A stretch of 64,000 nucleotides of DNA from a virus. Below, one piece after another: positions 10,270 to 20,267 of this stretch. Location of the stretch: the IMG/VR virus record IMGVR_UViG_3300032050_000061, positions 1 through 64,000 of that record; one strand, 5' to 3'. Position 1 is the first letter of the stretch. The number at the start of each line of letters is the position of its first letter. The position numbers were made by a program, and so were the translations under genes. The notes under the pieces were generated by a model that searched no databases, was not told the origin of the DNA, and saw nothing but the letters and a program-made list of their open reading frames with translations.

Positions 10270-10959
10270 CTATGTGTTTGGTTGTGATGTCTGATTAATT
10301 ACTTCTATTTTTTCCGCAATACTCTCAGGCGGTGGTTCTAAATTAATTTCTTTTTGTTTTATTATCTTTTCGACCTTCTCTTCCTTTTTTAACTCCTGTG
10401 GAGTTTGTTTAGGTTTTTCTAATTTCTTCTCCTCATCAATTTTCTCTTTATTAGTATAACCTCTAATCATTTTTGATTTTATATAAGACTTAGTTAATTC
10501 AACTTCTTCAACTGATCTTATTGAAGCCATTTTGTATTCTCTATAATTACCATCGTATATTAAAGGTTTCTTTTTTAAGATTGTAAATAGAGGTTTACCA
10601 TCTAATGGAAATTGTCTTAAAAGAAATCTAAACTCTTCTGCTTCATCAATTTTTTGTTCACTAATTGAATCAGTAGCCGCTTCTAATGCATAAAAGAAAT
10701 TACGAGGATTTACATGCTTTAATTTTAGTGCAGGAAAATAGTAATGAATCATACCTTTTTCATCTTTACCTCTAAATTTTCCTATTAAAAAAATGTAAGT
10801 AGTATCTAATCCTGCCAAAACTTTTGTTTGAGATGGGTCCGCATATTTATAAACTTGTATTTTGTAAAAATTACCAGGTTTCATAATAGTTGTCGAAACC
10901 TTTCTACTTGTCTTAAACAATTTTCCCCATAGAGGTAGATATATCCTAGATTCTGCCAT
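10270..10959 (-). CDS. Hypothetical basic protein
   Basis: 229 aa ORF abutting its neighbours; no secure family. Confidence 0.6.
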   Translation of the reverse strand: MAESRIYLPLWGKLFKTSRKVSTTIMKPGNFYKIQVYKYADPSQTKVLAGLDTTYIFLIGKFRGKDEKGMIHYYFPALKLKHVNPRNFFYALEAATDSISEQKIDEAEEFRFLLRQFPLDGKPLFTILKKKPLIYDGNYREYKMASIRSVEEVELTKSYIKSKMIRGYTNKEKIDEEKKLEKPKQTPQELKKEEKVEKIIKQKEINLEPPPESIAEKIEVINQTSQPNT

Positions 10960-10962
10960 TTT

Positions 10963-12198
10963 TTAGAATTCTGGTAGTATTAAATCAACATGCTTTGCAA
11001 CCTTTATATGTCTATCACAAATACCTTTTAGGGCCTCTGTCATTTTATTATGTGAAAACTTATTTATATTATCCCTACCTAATTTTTTAGATTCGGAGAG
11101 GTATTTATCATAATTATTAAACACATCAATTAATTTGAAAGCCGCATTACTATAATTTACATAAAACCATTGTGATTCAGGTAATAAAAATTGATTTGAA
11201 GCTGATGGGTCTACATTTTTTAATTCACCATCTAATAATACTGATTGTTTATCATTTAGAAAATCTAATTGACCACTCCAACCACTACTTATTACTGGTT
11301 TTCCTGTCATACTAAATTCTAATAGAGGTCTTCCAAATCCTTCACCATGTGTAAATGAGATAGTCGCTTTTACTTTTGGATGATTATATAACTTCCACAT
11401 ATCATCAGGTGTTAAATCACCATGTATAAGATAAATTGAAACATCACTCTTAACCTGAGATGCTACCTCTTCAACTTTTCGGAGAATTTCTTCTCTATCT
11501 CTAATTGAAAATCCCGCTGATGAGGTTTTGAGTATTAGGGCAGGTTTCTCACCCTTCGTTCTACTAAATGCAGAAAGAAATGTTTGAATCATTCCGCCTA
11601 CATCTTTTCTATCATGATAAAGATTTCCTTGTAACCAATGGCCTACGAATAAGAAACAAAAGTTTTCTTTAATAGAATCTAATTTATCCAAACCATCTAA
11701 CTCTTTGTAATCAGTTCCTTCAAATAAAACTTCTACCGGCTTTGAAACTCTATGTTCGGTTATTACCTGTTGAGTGGTTTTATCCCTTTCTGTCCATTGT
11801 GTCCCAGCTATACCTGATTTAGAATGCTGTGAAGTTGTAATAACCAAATCCATTCGGTTACACCCATCAACCCAATCCTTCGGTATTACAGTCGTTTCAA
11901 TTCCAGCGGTAACCCCTATATTAAATTTTCCTACTTGTTGAAATTCATTTGGAACTGTCATCTGAACATATACATCAGGTTGTATATTTATTTCACCAAC
12001 AATATTATCTAGTATCCATTTATGAAATTCATCGTTTGGATTAAGTTGATCCATAGGGGTTGCTCCCCATCTCGTTGAAACAATCTTAATGTCATAATAA
12101 TCTAAATCTCTAAATGATTTGAGTAAATCTCTTGCATGATCTCCATATCCACTCCTAGTCGCTATTGGAGCTTGATATAATAAAAATGGTTTAGCCAT
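10963..12198 (-). CDS. Glycosyltransferase family 4 (GT-B)
   Basis: SGYG, RKDV, GEGFGRPLLE. Confidence 0.88.
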   Translation of the reverse strand: MAKPFLLYQAPIATRSGYGDHARDLLKSFRDLDYYDIKIVSTRWGATPMDQLNPNDEFHKWILDNIVGEINIQPDVYVQMTVPNEFQQVGKFNIGVTAGIETTVIPKDWVDGCNRMDLVITTSQHSKSGIAGTQWTERDKTTQQVITEHRVSKPVEVLFEGTDYKELDGLDKLDSIKENFCFLFVGHWLQGNLYHDRKDVGGMIQTFLSAFSRTKGEKPALILKTSSAGFSIRDREEILRKVEEVASQVKSDVSIYLIHGDLTPDDMWKLYNHPKVKATISFTHGEGFGRPLLEFSMTGKPVISSGWSGQLDFLNDKQSVLLDGELKNVDPSASNQFLLPESQWFYVNYSNAAFKLIDVFNNYDKYLSESKKLGRDNINKFSHNKMTEALKGICDRHIKVAKHVDLILPEF

Positions 12199-12205
12199 TC
12201 GTAAC

Positions 12206-13591
12206 TTATTTTATTTTATATAATTCAAATCTTTCTTTTGGTTTCCAATTTTCAAAGGCCCTTTCCATCCCTTTAACCATTTCATCCGCCATTCTTTGTG
12301 AATAGAATCCGTTTTCTGAAAGGATGAACTCTCTACCTTTTAATCCCATTTCTTTCCTTTTTTCTTTCGGAATGTCATACCAATACTTAAATGCATCTGC
12401 TAATTCATATACATCTATTTTATCATCTATGATGTAAGGAGTTGGAACTGAACCGTTCATATTTTGAGCCCTTGCCCACAATGGCTTAACCCATTCTCCA
12501 TGCTCTACTTTATCTTCCCATTCTCTCCAATCATGCAAAGAACCAATCTTAACATAATCTTCTGCGGTTAATAACTTTCCATCCAATTTAAATCCACATT
12601 GGTCTTGCAAACCACCTGTCACTAATAAGATAGATGGAACACCTGCCATTATACCTTCACAAGTCGTTAGGCCAAATCCTTCATTACCGGCAATGTTCAC
12701 CGATACATCACAAAGATTTAGTAATTGATTTATTTGTTCGGTAGATAATCTATTCGTTGAAAATTTAATTTCTGCATCAGGTGCTAATCTTTTTGCAACG
12801 GCAACTAAATCAGTTCCATTTTCATCGACCGGCTGTGTATGCATCAATAACATCACCTTCTTTCTCTTTTCCTCCGGTAATTTATCTAAAAACTTTTGGA
12901 ATGCCCAAATAACATCTGATGGTTGTTTTCTACGAATGTTTCTATTTGACCAATAAACTACGAATTCGTAATCATTACCTGCAAATAGTTTTTGTTTCAA
13001 CTCATCACTACTATCTTCTAATGGTTTATACAATTTTGATACACCATGTGGAACATAACTTACTTGCCAATCTTCCAACGGCTTCCAAGTTTTCCCATTT
13101 TGTAATGCACCGGTTCTTTTAACAATGCCATAAGTTTGCTTAGAGATACAACCCAACCAATCACAACTTTCATAGTAATCTCTATTGTAGTGTGGATCTG
13201 GCAAATCATCCCAAATATGGTAGAAGAAAATTGGACAAGTTTGTCGAATTTCATGCTCCATATCATACAACCAAATCCAATAACGAGGGTCGGTAAAATG
13301 TAGGATAGCATCTATTTTGTGTTTAGATAATAGGTTTCTAATTAAATCCGCATTACCATATCCACTATTAGGATAAAGTATTACACTAGCATCTTCAACA
13401 CCACTATGCTTTTTTACATCATCGGATACATCAATTATTTTCCCAACTTCGGGATGTTGAACGGCTGCTGCAACCTGAATCCAATTGTATTTGCTTACGG
13501 AACCTAAAACTATTTCTTTTGACATAGTAGCTATACCACTATGCATTCTTAAATCATCTGATAGAAGAAGAATTGTTTTTTTATTATTCAT
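12206..13591 (-). CDS. Glycosyltransferase family 4 (GT-B)
   Basis: VPHG, NRNIRRKQ, NEGFGLTTCEG. Confidence 0.88.
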   Translation of the reverse strand: MNNKKTILLLSDDLRMHSGIATMSKEIVLGSVSKYNWIQVAAAVQHPEVGKIIDVSDDVKKHSGVEDASVILYPNSGYGNADLIRNLLSKHKIDAILHFTDPRYWIWLYDMEHEIRQTCPIFFYHIWDDLPDPHYNRDYYESCDWLGCISKQTYGIVKRTGALQNGKTWKPLEDWQVSYVPHGVSKLYKPLEDSSDELKQKLFAGNDYEFVVYWSNRNIRRKQPSDVIWAFQKFLDKLPEEKRKKVMLLMHTQPVDENGTDLVAVAKRLAPDAEIKFSTNRLSTEQINQLLNLCDVSVNIAGNEGFGLTTCEGIMAGVPSILLVTGGLQDQCGFKLDGKLLTAEDYVKIGSLHDWREWEDKVEHGEWVKPLWARAQNMNGSVPTPYIIDDKIDVYELADAFKYWYDIPKEKRKEMGLKGREFILSENGFYSQRMADEMVKGMERAFENWKPKERFELYKIK

Positions 13592-13594
13592 AAA

Positions 13595-13786
13595 TTAAAA
13601 CTGTGAACCAGAAATTTGTAATTCTGAAAATGAATCAATTTTGTTTTTAAAGTTTGGGTCTTCTACATACATTGTGAGAGAACGATTTACTAATTTTTGT
13701 AAACTCATTTTGTCATCAATTGTAACCCTTTTGAATTGCGAATAAAGATCTTTAAGAATCTTTACACTCGTTAGTTTAACATCCAT
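13595..13786 (-). CDS. Small ribbon-helix-helix-like DNA-binding protein
   Basis: LTSVKI strand followed by two helices (LYSQFK; SLQKLVNRSL). Confidence 0.55.
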   Translation of the reverse strand: MDVKLTSVKILKDLYSQFKRVTIDDKMSLQKLVNRSLTMYVEDPNFKNKIDSFSELQISGSQF

Positions 13787-13840
13787 ATTATTATCTTTTG
13801 TATATATAAATATATATATATTTTTTTTCCAAAAAGATAA

Positions 13841-14188
13841 TTATTTCCAAAAAACTTGTATCCCTAATATGGCGGAAGCCAAAATTAAGCAAATGAATGT
13901 TTTTACGGTAATAGGTTCTCTAAAAATTAGTATGCTAAGAGATACGAATACTATTATACCCACTCCAAATCCAATTAGACGGGAGGGCCATAATGCTCCA
14001 TCAAATGCGTTTACTAAATGGTTTACCGATTTTAGATAGAACCACATTCCTGGCATTGCACTTATTATAATCAATAATGGGTATTTTTGAAACCATCCAA
14101 ATTTTATACTACCTTGTAGTTGTAAAAAAGATGTAATTTGGCCAATTATTCCCCATAGTATTCCTTTAATTAACTCCACAATGAACAA
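13841..14188 (-). CDS. Small four-TM membrane protein (SMR/DMT-like)
   Basis: Four hydrophobic helices; FREPIT loop typical of DMT proteins. Confidence 0.6.
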   Translation of the reverse strand: MFIVELIKGILWGIIGQITSFLQLQGSIKFGWFQKYPLLIIISAMPGMWFYLKSVNHLVNAFDGALWPSRLIGFGVGIIVFVSLSILIFREPITVKTFICLILASAILGIQVFWK

Positions 14189-15030
14189 ATTTTTCTCTCC
14201 TTAAACTCACACCAATCACACTGCTTCCCTTTGTTAGTTGGATAATCTACATCTTTATATTTTCCCTCTTCATCAAATACACTCTCTACGAAATCCATAA
14301 ACCCTTTCCATGCTTTATTGATAGAAGGTTTACCACTCGCAGGAACGTGCTTTGAAATACGAGGAATTGGATAATCAGCATCTTCCTTAACTTTTCTTTT
14401 AAGGATATGAAATTCTACATTAACCTTATCCTCATCTATCTTATACTTTTCAGCGTAAAACTTTTTGTATAATAAGATTTGTGCGTTCTTAATCGGGTCT
14501 GCCTTTTGGTATTTATTCCAACCGGCAGTTGATGTTTTAAAATCTATGATGGTAATTTTCTTTGTAGCAATTTCTCTGATAATAATATCGACAAATCCAA
14601 TAAAGTGCACATTCTCTTTAATAGGCATATTAAGTGGTAATTCTATTGCCACCAATTCATATCCCTTTTTAGAAAAGAACAATACTAATTTACTTTTAAA
14701 GTATTGTAGTATCTTTCTACCATCACCGAAGAATTCTTCTAACTCTTCTTTTGTGCAAGGAAATTCATTCTCTCCTAACTTTTCTTTTTCTTTATTAAAG
14801 TTTTCAACTAATCTATCTTTCAACAACATATCCAAATCCATTGCCAACGCCGATGATTTAGTTGCATTATACATTACATCTAAAAACTTTTGTAAGGTTT
14901 CATGCATTGCTGTTCCGAAAATCAAATGTATGTTAGCATTTGAAATAGATAGCCCATCAATATAAGATAGCTTATATTGTTGAGGGCAAGATGTCCACAT
15001 TGAATATTGAGAAAAAGATACTCTTGCCAT
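14170..15030 (-). CDS. PD-(D/E)XK exonuclease, Cas4/AddB-like, probable Fe-S cluster
   Basis: N-terminal CP, FGTAMHE, E...GFVD...IDFKT, QILLY, C-terminal CDWC...C. Confidence 0.85.
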   Translation of the reverse strand: MARVSFSQYSMWTSCPQQYKLSYIDGLSISNANIHLIFGTAMHETLQKFLDVMYNATKSSALAMDLDMLLKDRLVENFNKEKEKLGENEFPCTKEELEEFFGDGRKILQYFKSKLVLFFSKKGYELVAIELPLNMPIKENVHFIGFVDIIIREIATKKITIIDFKTSTAGWNKYQKADPIKNAQILLYKKFYAEKYKIDEDKVNVEFHILKRKVKEDADYPIPRISKHVPASGKPSINKAWKGFMDFVESVFDEEGKYKDVDYPTNKGKQCDWCEFKERKICSLWS

Positions 15031-15488
15031 TATTTCTTTTTGGTTTTAGTTTTTGTAGATTTTTTTTCTTTTTCTACTTCTCCATACTTTGTTTTTAAGT
15101 AAGTGAAGTATTCATCACCTTCTTTGATATGAGTGAGAATGTTGTAGTAATCAATTGCTGTATTTTTTGAACAATTGTATTCTACCATAATCAATTCTAC
15201 TAATTTTTCATTAGCAGATTCCTCACTCTTTCCCTTAATATAACGAAGGTATTGCTTTCCTTTCGGTAAAACTCCTATCATAAAAAGATAGTAAAGTTTA
15301 GGCTCCATTGTTTGAGTTAATGGTTGAAATTGGGCAATGGTTTCTACAAAATCATAGTTCATAGAAAGAAATCTATGAATCATATAATTACTCCAAGTCT
15401 TTAAATCTTCTTCGGATAATTTATCGAAGTAATTAGGATCTTGGTCTTTTGTTATAGCGTTAAGATGGTCGAAAAGCGTTTTAGCCAT
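15030..15488 (-). CDS. Clamp loader small subunit (T4 gp62-like)
   Basis: LFDHLNAI, YMIHRFLS, LPKGKQYLRYIK. Confidence 0.7.
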   Translation of the reverse strand: MAKTLFDHLNAITKDQDPNYFDKLSEEDLKTWSNYMIHRFLSMNYDFVETIAQFQPLTQTMEPKLYYLFMIGVLPKGKQYLRYIKGKSEESANEKLVELIMVEYNCSKNTAIDYYNILTHIKEGDEYFTYLKTKYGEVEKEKKSTKTKTKKK

Positions 15489-16060
15489 TATCCAGCAATA
15501 TATTTGTTATAAAATTCTAATTTAAATTGAGAATACCCAATTCTGCAGTTTTTTTCCCAATCATCCATCCCACCATCATCACTTACCCATTTGTAAGAAA
15601 CTATCGGTATTTTGAACTCTTTGCAAACTCTCGTAATTGAGTATAATTCCATTTCAAATATACTACATTTATTTAACAATTCCAACTTTTTAGGGGGAAA
15701 GTTTTTAACCTTTTCCTTCGTAATAAAGGTTTCGGATGTGAAGCAGCTAACTCCTTCATTTTCAATCTCTAAATAATCCCCATCCTGGTCGAAAGGGGTG
15801 ATAGAATAGGGAACTAATGGTTCTGCATCCATATCACCATTATATACATCTTTAACCTTTAATAACATACCCTTATCCATACTAAAACTCCCACAGCTAC
15901 CAAAATTACAAACTAAATCAGGTTTGTGTTCCAATATGCCCATAGCCGTTTTATATCCAGCGTTTATCTTTCCAACGCCAGTATGAATAATCGGATAATC
16001 AAACAAAGTATCATATCCATCTGATTCTTCTTTTAATGCACAAACAAATAATACTTTCAT
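15488..16060 (-). CDS. mtnN: MTA/SAH nucleosidase (PNP/UDP phosphorylase family)
   Basis: ALKEE, TGVGKINA, NFGSCG, FEME, KWVSD. Confidence 0.8.
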   Translation of the reverse strand: MKVLFVCALKEESDGYDTLFDYPIIHTGVGKINAGYKTAMGILEHKPDLVCNFGSCGSFSMDKGMLLKVKDVYNGDMDAEPLVPYSITPFDQDGDYLEIENEGVSCFTSETFITKEKVKNFPPKKLELLNKCSIFEMELYSITRVCKEFKIPIVSYKWVSDDGGMDDWEKNCRIGYSQFKLEFYNKYIAG

Positions 16061-16066
16061 ACTCTA

Positions 16067-16381
16067 CTACAATTCTAATGTTAAATTACTTTGAGGTTCT
16101 TGTGGAGGAGGTGTCTTAACTTCTTGCTTTTCTTGTTTTGGTTTTCTAAGTTCTGCGGGTATCAACTCATCAACGGGCTTTCCACAACTTCCGCATATCA
16201 ATATATCAAATGGTAATACCGCATCTTTTGTTGTCCCGGTTACCAATTTTGAAAATTTCTTAATAATAGCTGCGGAGATAAAATACTCACCTCCACAATT
16301 TGAACAATTAAAATCCTGTGCCTGTGACCAATCTATTTTTGGCTGAGGTGGTAATTGTTGGTTTCCTAAAATTTGTGCCAT
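16067..16381 (-). CDS. Zinc-ribbon protein
   Basis: CSNCGG and CGSCG pairs. Confidence 0.65.
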   Translation of the reverse strand: MAQILGNQQLPPQPKIDWSQAQDFNCSNCGGEYFISAAIIKKFSKLVTGTTKDAVLPFDILICGSCGKPVDELIPAELRKPKQEKQEVKTPPPQEPQSNLTLEL

Positions 16382-16392
16382 AGTTTTTGTTT

Positions 16393-17295
16393 TTATTTTT
16401 TAATGTTTCTTTTTAATACTTCAAATATTTTTTCGTGTCCATTTTCATTAGGATGACACGGATCGGGAGTTCCATAAGGTCTATCCGGCATTAACCATTC
16501 TTTCCATATAGTTGTATCATTACCACTATATAATGGTTCAATTAGAACATCAGTTATTTTATTTTTTTCATCTATCTCATCGATGAAGAAAAAGTTTTCA
16601 TCTTTAAAAGTGTTATAAAAGCAATTTTTAATTTCACTTTCCTCTGTCAAAAATCTTACCATCGATTTAGCGAAAAATGTAGAATTCCCTACATAATAAT
16701 CTTTGTAATTTAGTTTATATCCCATAATAGGAATTGGTATATCAAAGAATAAGTGTTCTATCTCATTTTTTTCAAACCATTTGTGAACTAAATAAATCGA
16801 ATAACTGTTTTGTTTAAATAACTCTTTTAGATAATCAACCCATTTTGTGTGGTCAAAATCTTTTTTGTAATGCCAATACTTTCTATTGTAGAAATTTTCG
16901 TATTCAGTCCAATAACCTACCCAATCATCTATTCTTAAAATCTCTTCCTTTTCCCCATACTCTTCTCTAAAATCATCAACCCTAAAGCTATTAGAGTTTA
17001 CTTCTTTAAAAAATCTATTACCATAAAAAGGATTAGGAATAAGGTCTTTATCTATTTGTCTTTCGAAATATGTAGTCTGAAATAATACCAAACTATTCTT
17101 ATAAAATTCTATTGGTTTATTCATTAGAGTATTACTCCCTACTATATTACCTGCACCACTAATTGATAGGTTAATTAGTGGAACTCCTAACCAATCAGCA
17201 ATTCTTTGCCCATAGATTTTATCCTTATCAGCATTTAATCCATAACTGATAGAACAACCCCATAATATAACTTTATCTATTTTTCCCATATCCAT
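16393..17295 (-). CDS. SGNH/GDSL hydrolase-like protein
   Basis: WGCSISYG, NLSISGAGN, DPCHPNENGH. Confidence 0.7.
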   Translation of the reverse strand: MDMGKIDKVILWGCSISYGLNADKDKIYGQRIADWLGVPLINLSISGAGNIVGSNTLMNKPIEFYKNSLVLFQTTYFERQIDKDLIPNPFYGNRFFKEVNSNSFRVDDFREEYGEKEEILRIDDWVGYWTEYENFYNRKYWHYKKDFDHTKWVDYLKELFKQNSYSIYLVHKWFEKNEIEHLFFDIPIPIMGYKLNYKDYYVGNSTFFAKSMVRFLTEESEIKNCFYNTFKDENFFFIDEIDEKNKITDVLIEPLYSGNDTTIWKEWLMPDRPYGTPDPCHPNENGHEKIFEVLKRNIKK

Positions 17296-18506
17296 ATTGG
17301 TTCTCCAAATGCTTGATTTTTTCCTTCTTCCGCTTGCTTCTTTGAATCATCTGAATAATAATCACTTACGGCAGTTCCAGCACCTCCGCTGTTGGGTCTT
17401 TTCGTCATTTCCATGCCAATACACCCTCTATATTTTAACCCCCTAGAATGGAGGAAATCATTCATAGCGTTGGTTATATCTACATACCCACCATCAGGTG
17501 CAGAAAACACATCTGAAATGTTTACGGCTAAGATTCCACCCTTCTTCAAAGTCGGAATCATTTTCTCTAATGCCTTATGTAAAAAATTAGTATTCCAATC
17601 ATCTATTTTTTTATATCTCAAATAAGATTGAGTATCGTGATCTGAATACCTTTCAGTATTGAAGTAAGGTGGTGAAGTAAAAATTGTATCAAAATAATTT
17701 TCATATTCCGAATAATCTACATCTTCCGCCGGTTGTGGAATAAATGTAGCTCTTTTTTCACTCTCAAAAAATGTTTGATTAAACTTATAGTATTCTTCTT
17801 GCAAAAGATAGTGTTGATGATTATTTAAGTTCGGGTCTATACCAACATAATGTTTAGTATTATCACCCGCATAAAATCCTGCAAATCTATCACCCCATCC
17901 TGCCGAAAAATCTAAAATGTATTCGGATTTAAAATAATCGTAAAGTGCTTTTGCAACATTTGGTTTGAATTGAGATGCTACATATTTTCTCAAATTCATC
18001 GCCATCTTTAAGGTATTAATGCTTACATCAGTTAAAACCTTATCTAATGTAAAGAATGCTCTTACAATGGTCTTTATTCCTTCAACTGTCTGCCACGTTC
18101 TCCAACCGGATGGGCCTCTTACCCAATCAACTTTATATCGGTTCTCTACGTGGAATTTATTGGATGCTTTATTACCAACGGTATACTTTTTGAAATACAT
18201 AAACTTACCATCAAATGTAAGTGGGTATTTACTCTCTCTACCATTACGAGGAAACCAATTACCTTCAATCAATATATCAGGCCACCAAGTTCCTTTTAAT
18301 TTTTTGTAATCTTCTAATACCTCTTCATTAGTATAAACCGGTATAGGTAATGGATATGTATGACAGACTTCTGATAGGGTTTCTATAATTTCTTCTTTAT
18401 CATAAGTTTTTAAAATATATGCCCACTCCTCCTCATCAATAGTGAGGTATGGTTTCATATCATAAAACTTACTAAAGTATTCTTTTATAGTTTTCTCCAT
18501 ATCCAA
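17277..18506 (-). CDS. SAM-dependent DNA amino-methyltransferase-like protein (SPPY), paralog 2
   Basis: DFSAGWGDR motif I, FTSPPYFNTE motif IV. Confidence 0.82.
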   Translation of the reverse strand: MDMEKTIKEYFSKFYDMKPYLTIDEEEWAYILKTYDKEEIIETLSEVCHTYPLPIPVYTNEEVLEDYKKLKGTWWPDILIEGNWFPRNGRESKYPLTFDGKFMYFKKYTVGNKASNKFHVENRYKVDWVRGPSGWRTWQTVEGIKTIVRAFFTLDKVLTDVSINTLKMAMNLRKYVASQFKPNVAKALYDYFKSEYILDFSAGWGDRFAGFYAGDNTKHYVGIDPNLNNHQHYLLQEEYYKFNQTFFESEKRATFIPQPAEDVDYSEYENYFDTIFTSPPYFNTERYSDHDTQSYLRYKKIDDWNTNFLHKALEKMIPTLKKGGILAVNISDVFSAPDGGYVDITNAMNDFLHSRGLKYRGCIGMEMTKRPNSGGAGTAVSDYYSDDSKKQAEEGKNQAFGEPIWIWEK

Positions 18507-19714
18507 ATAGGTTCACAAAATCTTTTACCTTCCGCTTCCTTTGCTTTTTCTAATGCCTCTTCGGTATAACGGTCTTCATCACCTTCAATAATTGCCCCCG
18601 CTCCTGCTGAACCAGGTCTCTTTGCCATCTCCATGCCCAAACATCCTTCGTATTCCGCACCTAATGTTTGGATATAATCATTCATTGGGTTTGTAATTTC
18701 AACATAACCCTTTTCTCTATCATTTGATTTAGCATAAACATCTGCAATGTTCACTGCCAAATAACCTCCTTTACGAATAGTTGGCCATAAGTTATGAATT
18801 ACTTTATGTAAAAATTGTTCATTCCATGCATCAATAGATTTATATCTTACCCAACTTTGAGTATCATCATAAGAATACCTCTCAACATTAAAGTAAGGAG
18901 GTGATGTAAATACTATATCAAAATGGTCGGTATATTGTGAAAAATCTAAATCTTCGGCAGGTGAGCAATGAAAATCTGCTTTCTTTTCTATTTCAAAAAA
19001 TGTTCGGTGTTTTTCATACCAATCTGCTTGCTGACGATATATCGGGTGATTTTCTTTTCTAGGGTCTACGCCTACATAATGCTTTCCGGTTTCACTTGCA
19101 TAGAATCCCGCTAAACGGTCTCCCCATCCTGCTGAAAAATCTAATACATTCTCTACTTTAAGATAATCGTATAATGCCTTTGCCACATTAGGTTTAAATT
19201 GTGCACAAATGTATTTTCTTAAACCTAAACAAGTTCTCAAAGAGTTTCTATCTATCTCATCAAATTTAAGAGTATATAATCCACCCATAAGTGAAACCAT
19301 AAACTCTCTTGTTTCCCAAGTTCTTTTTGGGCCAGGTGAAACGGTACCGTCTACACTCCAACGATTTGCCTGTTGGAAAAAATTAGAGGATTCATTACCA
19401 ACATTATTTCTACTGAAGTATTGTTGTTTACCTCTAAATGTTATTGGGTATCTGCTTTCTGATGCTTTTCGTGGAAACCATTCTCCTTCTTTAAGAATGT
19501 CAGCCCACCATGTACCTTTTAATTTCTTATACGCATCTAATACTTCTGCATCAGAAATTTGTGCGTAAGGTATTGGGTATTCCATAAGAATGTCGGCCAA
19601 TGTTTCCTTAACATCATTAATATCGAATGTATTTTTTATATACGTCCACTCCTCTTTACCTATGTGTAAGTAAGGAGTCATTCCCTTAAATTTGTCGAAA
19701 TAATCTAAATACAT
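18485..19714 (-). CDS. SAM-dependent DNA amino-methyltransferase-like protein (SPPY), paralog 1
   Basis: DFSAGWGDR, FTSPPYFNVE; colinear with the downstream paralog. Confidence 0.82.
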   Translation of the reverse strand: MYLDYFDKFKGMTPYLHIGKEEWTYIKNTFDINDVKETLADILMEYPIPYAQISDAEVLDAYKKLKGTWWADILKEGEWFPRKASESRYPITFRGKQQYFSRNNVGNESSNFFQQANRWSVDGTVSPGPKRTWETREFMVSLMGGLYTLKFDEIDRNSLRTCLGLRKYICAQFKPNVAKALYDYLKVENVLDFSAGWGDRLAGFYASETGKHYVGVDPRKENHPIYRQQADWYEKHRTFFEIEKKADFHCSPAEDLDFSQYTDHFDIVFTSPPYFNVERYSYDDTQSWVRYKSIDAWNEQFLHKVIHNLWPTIRKGGYLAVNIADVYAKSNDREKGYVEITNPMNDYIQTLGAEYEGCLGMEMAKRPGSAGAGAIIEGDEDRYTEEALEKAKEAEGKRFCEPIWIWRKL

Positions 19715-20267
19715 TTCTTATAAAGTTATATTTTTTATTATCAATGATGGTTTCTATATTTTTATGAGCCGGTAATCTCAACTTATAAATTGAGCCAGAA
19801 ATAAATCCTTCTTTTTTACCATGCCACATTTCACTATTTTCATCTACTAATTCAAACCCATTTCTTTCGTAAAATTTTCTAGCTGTTTCGTTTGCAGTTC
19901 TAACTGATAGAATAATGTTTTCACATTGCTTTGATTTACAATACTCTACAAACTGATTAAATACTTTTTGAGCAGAACCATTTCTTTCTTTTGATGCTAT
20001 TTGGTGAATAATCATATCACCTTTTTTCTTTCTAGCAAATGTCTTTCTTGCAATCTTAGAATTACCCTTGCTTTTCTCAAAGGTTATAACTACGCCATCT
20101 TGCAATACTACACCACCATTAGGTTTATTAAAGTATTTTTTCAACTTAAATCCTTGTCCAGCCAAATGGGGAAATACTTTTGGATATAAATCAATTATTT
20201 CCATTGCTTCTCTGATGGCTGCATCCATTTCATCACCCTCATTTTGTATATTAAGTATTCTAACCAT
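19686..20267 (-). CDS. GNAT-family acetyltransferase, Lys-rich
   Basis: IHQIAS...NGSA, LSVRTANETARKFYERNGF. Confidence 0.85.
   Translation of the reverse strand: MVRILNIQNEGDEMDAAIREAMEIIDLYPKVFPHLAGQGFKLKKYFNKPNGGVVLQDGVVITFEKSKGNSKIARKTFARKKKGDMIIHQIASKERNGSAQKVFNQFVEYCKSKQCENIILSVRTANETARKFYERNGFELVDENSEMWHGKKEGFISGSIYKLRLPAHKNIETIIDNKKYNFIRNVFRLFRQI

Noticed and set aside
10270-10959. Possible T4 gp2 DNA end-protector homolog
   Set aside because: Only a vague resemblance (PGNFY, LKHV, YREY); not enough to call without a profile search.
13801-13828. (TA)n microsatellite and T run
   Set aside because: Short AT-rich spacer containing the ATATTTATA motif; no independent evidence of phase variation.
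14170-15030. CRISPR-Cas system suggested by the Cas4-like gene
   Set aside because: I saw no repeat-spacer array or other cas genes in the window.
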